From Macrostomum lignano (taxonomy: Eukaryota): a stretch of 55,646 bases of DNA. The DNA lies in NCBI GenBank assembly GCA_002269645.1, contig NIVC01002172.1, positions 1 to 55,646 of the forward strand, read 5' to 3'. Each line of letters begins with the position of its first letter. Within the stretch, counting starts at the first letter, position 1. Below are positions 12,501 through 24,500 of this stretch, in pieces. The notes under the pieces were generated by a model, which saw nothing but the letters and a program-made list of their open reading frames with translations, did no database searches and had not been told where the DNA came from. A program made the position numbers and the translations under genes.

Positions 12501-15500
12501 GAGTCTGTCAACAGGTTTACGCTTGTAGCTTTCTGGAGATCCAAGCAATCCTAGTGTACTGCTGTTTTTCGTTGCGCCATCTAGCCATTTAGCCAGCAGC
12601 ACTACTAATAGATGTCTCAATGAACAATGGTTTATAGACTAGACTAATCCAAGAGAGGTGGGCGATGCCAGCCGATTGAATCTAGTTGGAGCGTTTAATA
12701 TTCGTAGTCGTAACTAAAATGATGCCCTTCTGATCTTCCAGCGGCCGGAGTGAAGTACGTCGGCTGCTTCAAGGACAATCGCTACAGGGATTTGCCGGTA
12801 GTTTACACTGCCAACTACAAGACGACAAAGGCTTACTGCTTCCGCTATTGTCGAGCCAAGGGCTACAGGTACTTTGGTCTGCAAAACGGCAATGCGTGCA
12901 CCTGCGGAAACACCGTCGGTCGGTATGGAAAAGCGAAGAGCAAGGATTGCGCCAGGTCCACCTGTAAGGGCGACAAGAGGTCCAAATGTGGTGGACCATG
13001 GAGGAACAGCGTCTTCACAACCGGACTGAAGCCCAAGAGCTTCAAGAGTAAGTGTGCAGTCAAGCAGAAAATTCGCTTTCCACGCTCGCTCGTAGGCTCG
13101 TACGGTATATTAGATATTTTTGAATGTAAAACGAGATTGCTCTGTACGGTTTGGATGGGGTTTTGCTGACCTGCATGTGCCCACTATTTCTCTTTTAAGC
13201 ACCTGGAATGTCTCACATTGGCTGCTTTGTTGACGGCCGGAGACGCGATCTTCCAACTGTGGGAGGAAAAGGCAGCATGACTGTTGGAAGGTGCTACGGA
13301 CTATGCAAGAAAAAGGGATTCCGATTCTTTGGCGTTCAGATAGGAAAACAGTGCTGGTGCGGCAACCACTACGGTCGCTACGGCCGACGCGACAAACGCG
13401 AGTGCCGCTACCAGTGCAGAGGAGACAAGACGACCTACTGTGGCGGCTCCTGGAGAAACGACGTGTACGCAACGGGTGTTGTCGTCGCCAGCAAAGGTAA
13501 CCGAGTCTGTCAACAGGTTTACGCTTGTAGCTTTCTGGAGATCCAAGCAATCCTAGTGTACTGCTGTTTTTCGTTGCGCCATCTAGCCATTTAGCCAGCA
13601 GCACTACTAATAGATGTCTCAATGAACAATGGTTTATAGACTAGACTAATCCAAGAGAGGTGGGCGATGCCAGCCGATTAAATCTAGTTGGAGCCTTTAA
13701 TATTCGTAGTCGTAACTAAAATGACCCTTCTGATCTTCCAGCGGCCGGAGTGAAGTACGTCGGCTGCTTCAAGGACAATCGCAACAGGGATTTGCCGGTA
13801 GTTTACACTGCCAACTACAAGACGACAAAGGCTTACTGCTTCCGCTATTGTCGAGCCAAGGGCTACAGGTACTTTGGTCTGCAAAACGGCAATGCGTGCA
13901 CCTGCGGAAACACCGTCGGTCGGTATGGAAGAGCGTCGAGCAAGGATTGCGCCAGGTCCACCTGTAAGGGCGACAAGAGGTCCAAATGTGGTGGACCATG
14001 GAGGAACAGCGTCTTCACAACCGGACTGAAGCCCAAGAGCTTCAAGAGTAAGTGTGCAGTCAAGCAGAAAATTCGCTTTCCACGCTCGCTCGTAGGCTCG
14101 TAGGGTACATAAGACATTTTGTAAAGTAAAACGGTGAAGTGAGACATTTTGGCCCTGAAAGTTTCAATCCAGTTTGAATGTATTTCCAACCAATGAACGC
14201 GCTCCAGCAAGCAAAAGCTGAGCACATGATCCCAGTCTTAGCTAATGAAAAGTAGACATCCTTTCCCTACAACAGACTGAACCTTCGGTTCCCCCGAACA
14301 ATTAGAACCTACCATAGACTTGAGTTAATCTCGAGATTGCGAACACCAAATACAATACAACGGTCAGTAAGTTAACATCAATTGATTGCATCATCAGGAA
14401 AAGTTAGTCGAATCCGCCGCCTTAGTTATTTGGCTCTCACATTGGTAATTGAAGTTATTATTGAGCTTAGTAGTGAGAGATCAGAAGACCAAAGACACCC
14501 AAGTTATAGACATATATAAAAAATTTCAACGGGCTGGCTCTGTCCGTGTCTTGGATTAGGAGCCAACCAGCTGGGGTTTTACTGACCTGCGTGTGCCCAC
14601 TATTTCTTTTTTAAGCACCTGGAATGTCTCACATTGGCTGCTTTGTTGACGGCCGGAGGCGCGATCTTCCAACTGTGGGAGGAAAAGGCAGCATAACTGT
14701 TGGAAGGTGCTACGGACTGTGCAAGAAAAAGGGATTCCGATTCTTTGGCGTTCAGATAGGAAAACAGTGCTGGTGCGGCAACCACTACGGTCGCTACGGC
14801 CGACGCGACAAACGCGAGTGCCGCTACCAGTGCAGAGGAGACAAGACGACCTACTGTGGCGGCTCCTGGAGAAACGACGTGTACGCTACCGGACTCGAAG
14901 AGCACGCCTCCGGAGTTACCCTACTTGGCTGCTTCCGCGACAATTCGAAGCGCGACTTGCCCCTTGTACACGGCGCCGGTCACCGGACCACAAAGGCGTA
15001 CTGTCTGAAGTACTGCAAGTCTCGCGGCTACAGGTACTTTGGCCTCCAGGCTGGATCTGCGTGCACCTGCGGCAACAAATATGGCAGCTTTGGCCGAGTC
15101 AATGCAAAGCAGTGCAGAACGCGCTGTAGAGGCGACAAAAGACGAACCTGCGGCGGCTCTTGGAGAAACTCTGTCTACTCGACTGGAATCGGCAGCAAGC
15201 CTGTTCGTCGTGAGTACAACAGTACAGATTCGCAATTGATTGCTTTTTTGTCCACCTAGCTCGTGTTTATATTAGTTTGCAGCTCTCAGTTGAGAACTAT
15301 GCGATGCCTCACTAATTGCGCGCGCCGTTTCTCTTCCTTCCATAAATACGAGTAGTTTCAAGCAATATAAGGTGGCTAATTTGAAATTGTGCGCAAATTA
15401 GTCTGACATCTTGAAACTTTAAATGCATTAAATATCATCAGCGAAAGCGTGGGCGTCCAAGAGTTGAGCCTTTCTCATAAGTTGTTTACATAAACGACAG

Positions 15501-18500
15501 CAAATAATGTGTACAGTAGTAGTCTGTCGCTACCGCTTTCAGTGCCCGGATTGAAGCATCTCGGCTGCTATCTGGACAAGAGCTCCAGAGATCTTAGAAA
15601 GCTGGTTCTCTCCGGATCAGTTACTGTGCCAAAGTGCTACAAGGCGTGCAAAGCCAGGAAATATCGCTTCTTCGGTGTGCAAAATGGCTACCAGTGCTGG
15701 TGCGGCAACCACTATGGCAGGTACAGAATCCGATCAAACTTGGAGTGCAGAGTACAGTGCAGAGGAGACAAGTCGACCTACTGCGGAGGCGCGTGGAGAA
15801 ACAATGTCTACGCGACGGGTGTTGTCGTCGCCAGCAAAGGTAACCGAGTCTGTCAACAGGTTTACGCTTGTAGCTTTCTGGAGATCCAAGCAATCCTAGT
15901 GTACTGCTGTTTTTCGTTGCGCCATCTAGCCATTTAGCCAGCAGCACTACTAATAGATGTCTCAATGAACAATGGTTTATAGACTAGACTAATCCAAGAG
16001 AGGTGGGCGATGCCAGCCGATTGAATCTAGTTGGAGCGTTTAATATTCGTAGTCGTAACTAAAATGATGCCCTTCTGATCTTCCAGCGGCCGGAGTGAAG
16101 TACGTCGGCTGCTTCAAGGACAATCGCTACAGGGATTTGCCGGTAGTTTACACTGCCAACTACAAGACGACAAAGGCTTACTGCTTCCGCTATTGTCGAG
16201 CCAAGGGCTACAGGTACTTTGGTCTGCAAAACGGCAATGCGTGCACCTGCGGAAACACCGTCGGTCGGTATGGAAAAGCGAAGAGCAAGGATTGCGCCAG
16301 GTCCACCTGTAAGGGCGACAAGAGGTCCAAATGTGGTGGACCATGGAGGAACAGCGTCTTCACAACCGGACTGAAGCCCAAGAGCTTCAAGAGTAAGTGT
16401 GCAGTCAAGCAGAAAATTCGCTTTCCACGCTCGCTCGTAGGCTCGTACGGTATATTAGATATTTTTGAATGTAAAACGAGATTGCTCTGTACGGTTTGGA
16501 TGGGGTTTTGCTGACCTGCATGTGCCCACTATTTCTCTTTTAAGCACCTGGAATGTCTCACATTGGCTGCTTTGTTGACGGCCGGAGACGCGATCTTCCA
16601 ACTCTGGGAGGAAAAGGCAGCATGACTGTTGGAAGGTGCTACGGACTATGCAAGAAAAAGGGATTCCGATTCTTTGGCGTTCAGATAGGAAAACAGTGCT
16701 GGTGCGGCAACCACTACGGTCGCTACGGCCGACGCGACAAACGCGAGTGCCGCTACCAGTGCAGAGGAGACAAGACGACCTACTGTGGCGGCTCCTGGAG
16801 AAACGACGTGTACGCAACGGGTGTTGTCGTCGCCAGCAAAGGTAACCGAGTCTGTCAACAGGTTTACGCTTGTAGCTTTCTGGAGATCCAAGCAATCCTA
16901 GTGTACTGCTGTTTTTCGTTGCGCCATCTAGCCATTTAGCCAGCAGCACTACTAATAGATGTCTCAATGAACAATGGTTTATAGACTAGACTAATCCAAG
17001 AGAGGTGGGCGATGCCAGCCGATTAAATCTAGTTGGAGCCTTTAATATTCGTAGTCGTAACTAAAATGATGCCCTTCTGATCTTCCAGCGGCCGGAGTGA
17101 AGTACGTCGGCTGCTTCAAGGACAATCGCAACAGGGATTTGCCGGTAGTTTACACTGCCAACTACAAGACGACAAAGGCTTACTGCTTCCGCTATTGTCG
17201 AGCCAAGGGCTACAGGTACTTTGGTCTGCAAAACGGCAATGCGTGCACCTGCGGAAACACCGTCGGTCGGTATGGAAGAGCGTCGAGCAAGGATTGCGCC
17301 AGGTCCACCTGTAAGGGCGACAAGAGGTCCAAATGTGGTGGACCATGGAGGAACAGCGTCTTCACAACCGGACTGAAGCCCAAGAGCTTCAAGAGTAAGT
17401 GTGCAGTCAAGCAGAAAATTCGCTTTCCACGCTCGCTCGTAGGCTCGTAGGGTACATAAGACATTTTGTAAAGTAAAACGGTGAAGTGAGACATTTTGGC
17501 CCTGAAAGTTTCAATCCAGTTTGAATGTATTTCCAACCAATGAACGCGCTCCAGCAAGCAAAAGCTGAGCACATGATCCCAGTCTTAGCTAATGAAAAGT
17601 AGACATCCTTTCCCTACAACAGACTGAACCTTCGGTTCCCCGAACAATTAGAACCTACCATAGACTTGAGTTAATCTCGAGATTGCGAACACCAAATACA
17701 ATACAACGGTCAGTAAGTTAACATCAATTGATTGCATCATCAGGAAAAGTTAGTCGAATCCGCCGCCTTAGTTATATGGCTCTCACATTGGTAATTGAAG
17801 TTATTATTGAGCTTAGTAGTGAGAGATCAGAAGACCAAAGACACCCAAGTTATAGACATATATAAAAAATTTCAACGGGCTGGCTCTGTCCGTGTCTTGG
17901 ATTAGGAGCCAACCAGCTGGGGTTTTACTGACCTGCGTGTGCCCACTATTTCTTTTTTAAGCACCTGGAATGTCTCACATTGGCTGCTTTGTTGACGGCC
18001 GGAGGCGCGATCTTCCAACTGTGGGAGGAAAAGGCAGCATAACTGTTGGAAGGTGCTACGGACTGTGCAAGAAAAAGGGATTCCGATTCTTTGGCGTTCA
18101 GATAGGAAAACAGTGCTGGTGCGGCAACCACTACGGTCGCTACGGCCGACGCGACAAACGCGAGTGCCGCTACCAGTGCAGAGGAGACAAGACGACCTAC
18201 TGTGGCGGCTCCTGGAGAAACGACGTGTACGCTACCGGACTCGAAGAGCACGCCTCCGGAGTTACCCTACTTGGCTGCTTCCGCGACAATTCGAAGCGCG
18301 ACTTGCCCCTTGTACACGGCGCCGGTCACCGGACCACAAAGGCGTACTGTCTGAAGTACTGCAAGTCTCGCGGCTACAGGTACTTTGGCCTCCAGGCTGG
18401 ATCTGCGTGCACCTGCGGCAACAAATATGGCAGCTTTGGCCGAGTCAATGCAAAGCAGTGCAGAACGCGCTGTAGAGGCGACAAAAGACGAACCTGCGGC

Positions 18501-21500
18501 GGCTCTTGGAGAAACTCTGTCTACTCGACTGGAATCGGCAGCAAGCCTGTTCGTCGTGAGTACAACAGTACAGATTCGCAATTGATTGCTTTTTTGTCCA
18601 CCTAGCTCGTGTTTATATTAGTTTGCAGCTCTCAGTTGAGAACTATGCGATGCCTCACTAATTGCGCGCGCCGTTTCTCTTCCTTCCATAAATACGAGTA
18701 GTTTCAAGCAATATAAGGTGGCTAATTTGAAATTGTGCGCAAATTAGTCTGACATCTTGAAACTTTAAATGCATTAAATATCATCAGCGAAAGCGTGGGC
18801 GTCCAAGAGTTGAGCCTTTCTCATAAGTTGTTTACATAAACGACAGCAAATAATGTGTACAGTAGTAGTCTGTCGCTACCGCTTTCAGTGCCCGGATTGA
18901 AGCATCTCGGCTGCTATCTGGACAAGAGCTCCAGAGATCTTAGAAAGCTGGTTCTCTCCGGATCAGTTACTGTGCCAAAGTGCTACAAGGCGTGCAAAGC
19001 CAGGAAATATCGCTTCTTCGGTGTGCAAAATGGCTACCAGTGCTGGTGCGGCAACCACTATGGCAGGTACAGAATCCGATCAAACTTGGAGTGCAGAGTA
19101 CAGTGCAGAGGAGACAAGTCGACCTACTGCGGAGGCGCGTGGAGAAACAATGTCTACGCGACGGGTGTTGTCGTCGCCAGCAAAGGTAACCGAGTCTGTC
19201 AACAGGTTTACGCTTGTAGCTTTCTGGAGATCCAAGCAATCCTAGTGTACTGCTGTTTTTCGTTGCGCCATCTAGCCATTTAGCCAGCAGCACTACTAAT
19301 AGATGTCTCAATGAACAATGGTTTATAGACTAGACTAATCCAAGAGAGGTGGGCGATGCCAGCCGATTGAATCTAGTTGGAGCGTTTAATATTCGTAGTC
19401 GTAACTAAAATGATGCCCTTCTGATCTTCCAGCGGCCGGAGTGAAGTACGTCGGCTGCTTCAAGGACAATCGCTACAGGGATTTGCCGGTAGTTTACACT
19501 GCCAACTACAAGACGACAAAGGCTTACTGCTTCCGCTATTGTCGAGCCAAGGGCTACAGGTACTTTGGTCTGCAAAACGGCAATGCGTGCACCTGCGGAA
19601 ACACCGTCGGTCGGTATGGAAAAGCGAAGAGCAAGGATTGCGCCAGGTCCACCTGTAAGGGCGACAAGAGGTCCAAATGTGGTGGACCATGGAGGAACAG
19701 CGTCTTCACAACCGGACTGAAGCCCAAGAGCTTCAAGAGTAAGTGTGCAGTCAAGCAGAAAATTCGCTTTCCACGCTCGCTCGTAGGCTCGTACGGTATA
19801 TTAGATATTTTTGAATGTAAAACGAGATTGCTCTGTACGGTTTGGATGGGGTTTTGCTGACCTGCATGTGCCCACTATTTCTCTTTTAAGCACCTGGAAT
19901 GTCTCACATTGGCTGCTTTGTTGACGGCCGGAGACGCGATCTTCCAACTCTGGGAGGAAAAGGCAGCATGACTGTTGGAAGGTGCTACGGACTATGCAAG
20001 AAAAAGGGATTCCGATTCTTTGGCGTTCAGATAGGAAAACAGTGCTGGTGCGGCAACCACTACGGTCGCTACGGCCGACGCGACAAACGCGAGTGCCGCT
20101 ACCAGTGCAGAGGAGACAAGACGACCTACTGTGGCGGCTGGAGAAACGACGTGTACGCAACGGGTGTTGTCGTCGCCAGCAAAGGTAACCGAGTCTGTCA
20201 ACAGGTTTACGCTTGTAGCTTTCTGGAGATCCAAGCAATCCTAGTGTACTGCTGTTTTTCGTTGCGCCATCTAGCCATTTAGCCAGCAGCACTACTAATA
20301 GATGTCTCAATGAACAATGGTTTATAGACTAGACTAATCCAAGAGAGGTGGGCGATGCCAGCCGATTAATCTAGTTGGAGCCTTTAATATTCGTAGTCGT
20401 AACTAAAATGATGCCCTTCTGATCTTCCAGCGGCCGGAGTGAAGTACGTCGGCTGCTTCAAGGACAATCGCACAGGGATTTGCCGGTAGTTTACACTGCC
20501 AACTACAAGACGACAAAGGCTTACTGCTTCCGCTATTGTCGAGCCAAGGGCTACAGGTACTTTGGTCTGCAAAACGGCAATGCGTGCACCTGCGGAAACA
20601 CCGTCGGTCGGTATGGAAGAGCGTCGAGCAAGGATTGCGCCAGGTCCACCTGTAAGGGCGACAAGAGGTCCAAATGTGGTGGACCATGGAGGAACAGCGT
20701 CTTCACAACCGGACTGAAGCCCAAGAGCTTCAAGAGTAAGTGTGCAGTCAAGCAGAAAATTCGCTTTCCACGCTCGCTCGTAGGCTCGTAGGGTACATAA
20801 GACATTTTGTAAAGTAAAACGGTGAAGTGAGACATTTTGGCCCTGAAAGTTTCAATCCAGTTTGAATGTATTTCCAACCAATGAACGCGCTCCAGCAAGC
20901 AAAAGCTGAGCACATGATCCCAGTCTTAGCTAATGAAAAGTAGACATCCTTTCCCTACAACAGACTGAACCTTCGGTTCCCCCGAACAATTAGAACCTAC
21001 CATAGACTTGAGTTAATCTCGAGATTGCGAACACCAAATACAATACAACGGTCAGTAAGTTAACATCAATTGATTGCATCATCAGGAAAAGTTAGTCGAA
21101 TCCGCCGCCTTAGTTATTGGCTCTCACATTGGTAATTGAAGTTATTATTGAGCTTAGTAGTGAGAGATCAGAAGACCAAAGACACCCAAGTTATAGACAT
21201 ATATAAAAAATTTCAACGGGCTGGCTCTGTCCGTGTCTTGGATTAGGAGCCAACCAGCTGGGGTTTTACTGACCTGCGTGTGCCCACTATTTCTTTTTTA
21301 AGCACCTGGAATGTCTCACATTGGCTGCTTTGTTGACGGCCGGAGGCGCGATCTTCCAACTGTGGGAGGAAAAGGCAGCATAACTGTTGGAAGGTGCTAC
21401 GGACTGTGCAAGAAAAAGGGATTCCGATTCTTTGGCGTTCAGATAGGAAAACAGTGCTGGTGCGGCAACCACTACGGTCGCTACGGCCGACGCGACAAAC

Positions 21501-24500
21501 GCGAGTGCCGCTACCAGTGCAGAGGAGACAAGACGACCTACTGTGGCGGCTCCTGGAGAAACGACGTGTACGCTACCGGACTCGAAGAGCACGCCTCCGG
21601 AGTTACCCTACTTGGCTGCTTCCGCGACAATTCGAAGCGCGACTTGCCCCTTGTACACGGCGCCGGTCACCGGACCACAAAGGCGTACTGTCTGAAGTAC
21701 TGCAAGTCTCGCGGCTACAGGTACTTTGGCCTCCAGGCTGGATCTGCGTGCACCTGCGGCAACAAATATGGCAGCTTTGGCCGAGTCAATGCAAAGCAGT
21801 GCAGAACGCGCTGTAGAGGCGACAAAAGACGAACCTGCGGCGGCTCTTGGAGAAACTCTGTCTACTCGACTGGAATCGGCAGCAAGCCTGTTCGTCGTGA
21901 GTACAACAGTACAGATTCGCAATTGATTGCTTTTTTGTCCACCTAGCTCGTGTTTATATTAGTTTGCAGCTCTCAGTTGAGAACTATGCGATGCCTCACT
22001 AATTGCGCGCGCCGTTTCTCTTCCTTCCATAAATACGAGTAGTTTCAAGCAATATAAGGTGGCTAATTTGAAATTGTGCGCAAATTAGTCTGACATCTTG
22101 AAACTTTAAATGCATTAAATATCATCAGCGAAGCGTGGGCGTCCAAGAGTTGAGCCTTTCTCATAAGTTGTTTACATAAACGACAGCAAATAATGTGTAC
22201 AGTAGTAGTCTGTCGCTACCGCTTTCAGTGCCCGGATTGAAGCATCTCGGCTGCTATCTGGACAAGAGCTCCAGAGATCTTAGAAAGCTGGTTCTCTCCG
22301 GATCAGTTACTGTGCCAAAGTGCTACAAGGCGTGCAAAGCCAGGAAATATCGCTTCTTCGGTGTGCAAAATGGCTACCAGTGCTGGTGCGGCAACCACTA
22401 TGGCAGGTACAGAATCCGATCAAACTTGGAGTGCAGAGTACAGTGCAGAGGAGACAAGTCGACCTACTGCGGAGGCGCGTGGAGAAACAATGTCTACGCG
22501 ACGGGTGTTGTCGTCGCCAGCAAAGGTAACCGAGTCTGTCAACAGGTTTACGCTTGTAGCTTTCTGGAGATCCAAGCAATCCTAGTGTACTGCTGTTTTT
22601 CGTTGCGCCATCTAGCCATTTAGCCAGCAGCACTACTAATAGATGTCTCAATGAACAATGGTTTATAGACTAGACTAATCCAAGAGAGGTGGGCGATGCC
22701 AGCCGATTGAATCTAGTTGGAGCCTTTAATATCGTAGTCGTAACTAAAATGATGCCCTTCTGATCTTCCAGCGGCCGGAGTGAAGTACGTCGGCTGCTTC
22801 AAGGACAATCGCTACAGGGATTTGCCGGTAGTTTACACTGCCAACTACAAGACGACAAAGGCTTACTGCTTCCGCTATTGTCGTGCCAGAGGCTACAGGT
22901 ACTTTGGTCTGCAAAACGGCAATGCGTGCACCTGCGGAAACACCGTCGGTCGGTATGGAAAAGCGAAGAGCAAGGATTGCGCCAGGTCCACCTGCAAGGG
23001 CGACAAGAGGTCCAAATGTGGTGGACCATGGAGGAACAGCGTCTTCACAACCGGACTGAAGCCCAAGAGCTTCAAGAGTAAGTGTGCAGTCAAGCAGAAA
23101 ATTCGCTTTCCACGCTCGCTCGTAGGCTCGTACGGTATATTAGATATTTTTGAATGTAAAACGAGATTGCTCTGTACGGTTTGGATGGGGTTTTGCTGAC
23201 CTGCATGTGCCCACTATTTCTCTTTTAAGCACCTGGAATGTCGCACATTGGCTGCTTCATTGACGGCCGGAGGCGCGATCTTCCAACTGTGGGAGGAAAA
23301 GGCAGCATGACTGTTGGAAGGTGCTACGGACTGTGCAAGAAAAAGGGATTCCGATTCTTTGGCGTTCAGATAGGAAAACAGTGCTGGTGCGGCAACCACT
23401 ACGGTCGCTATGGCCGACGCGACAAACGCGAGTGCCGCTACCAGTGCAGAGGAGACAAGACGACCTACTGTGGCGGCTCCTGGAGAAACGACGTGTACGC
23501 TACCGGACTCGAAGAGCACGCCTCCGGAGTTACCCTACTTGGCTGCTTCCGCGACAATTCGAAGCGCGACTTGCCCCTTGTACACGGCGCCGGTCACCGG
23601 ACCACAAAGGCGTACTGTCTGAAGTACTGCAAGTCTCGCGGCTACAGGTACTTTGGCCTCCAGGCTGGATCTGCGTGCACCTGCGGCAACAAATATGGCA
23701 GCTTTGGCCGAGTCAATGCAAAGCAGTGCAGAACGCGCTGTAGAGGCGACAAAAGACGAACCTGCGGCGGCTCTTGGAGAAACTCTGTCTACTCGACTGG
23801 AATCGGCAGCAAGCCTGTTCGTCGTGAGTACAACAGTACAGATTCGCAATTGATTGCTTTTTTGTCCACCTAGCTCGTGTTTATATTAGTTTGCAGCTCT
23901 CAGTTGAGAACTATGCGATGCCTCACTAATTGCGCGCGCCGTTTCTCTTCCTTCCATAAATACGAGTAGTTTCAAGCAATATAAGGTGGCTAATTTGAAA
24001 TTGTGCGCAAATTAGTCTGACATCTTGAAACTTTAAATGCATTAAATATCATCAGCGAAAGCGTGGGCGTCCAAGAGTTGAGCCTTTCTCATAAGTTGTT
24101 TACATAAACGACAGCAAATAATGTGTACAGTAGTAGTCTGTCGCTACCGCTTTCAGTGCCCGGATTGAAGCATCTCGGCTGCTATCTGGACAAGAGCTCC
24201 AGAGATCTTAGAAAGCTGGTTCTCTCCGGATCAGTTACTGTGCCAAAGTGCTACAAGGCGTGCAAAGCCAGGAAATATCGCTTCTTCGGTGTGCAAAATG
24301 GCTACCAGTGCTGGTGCGGCAACCACTATGGCAGGTACAGAATCCGATCAAACTTGGAGTGCAGAGTACAGTGCAGAGGAGACAAGTCGACCTACTGCGG
24401 AGGCGCGTGGAGAAACAATGTCTACGCGACGGGTGTTGTCGTCGCCAGCAAAGGTAACCGAGTCTGTCAACAGGTTTACGCTTGTAGCTTTCTGGAGATC

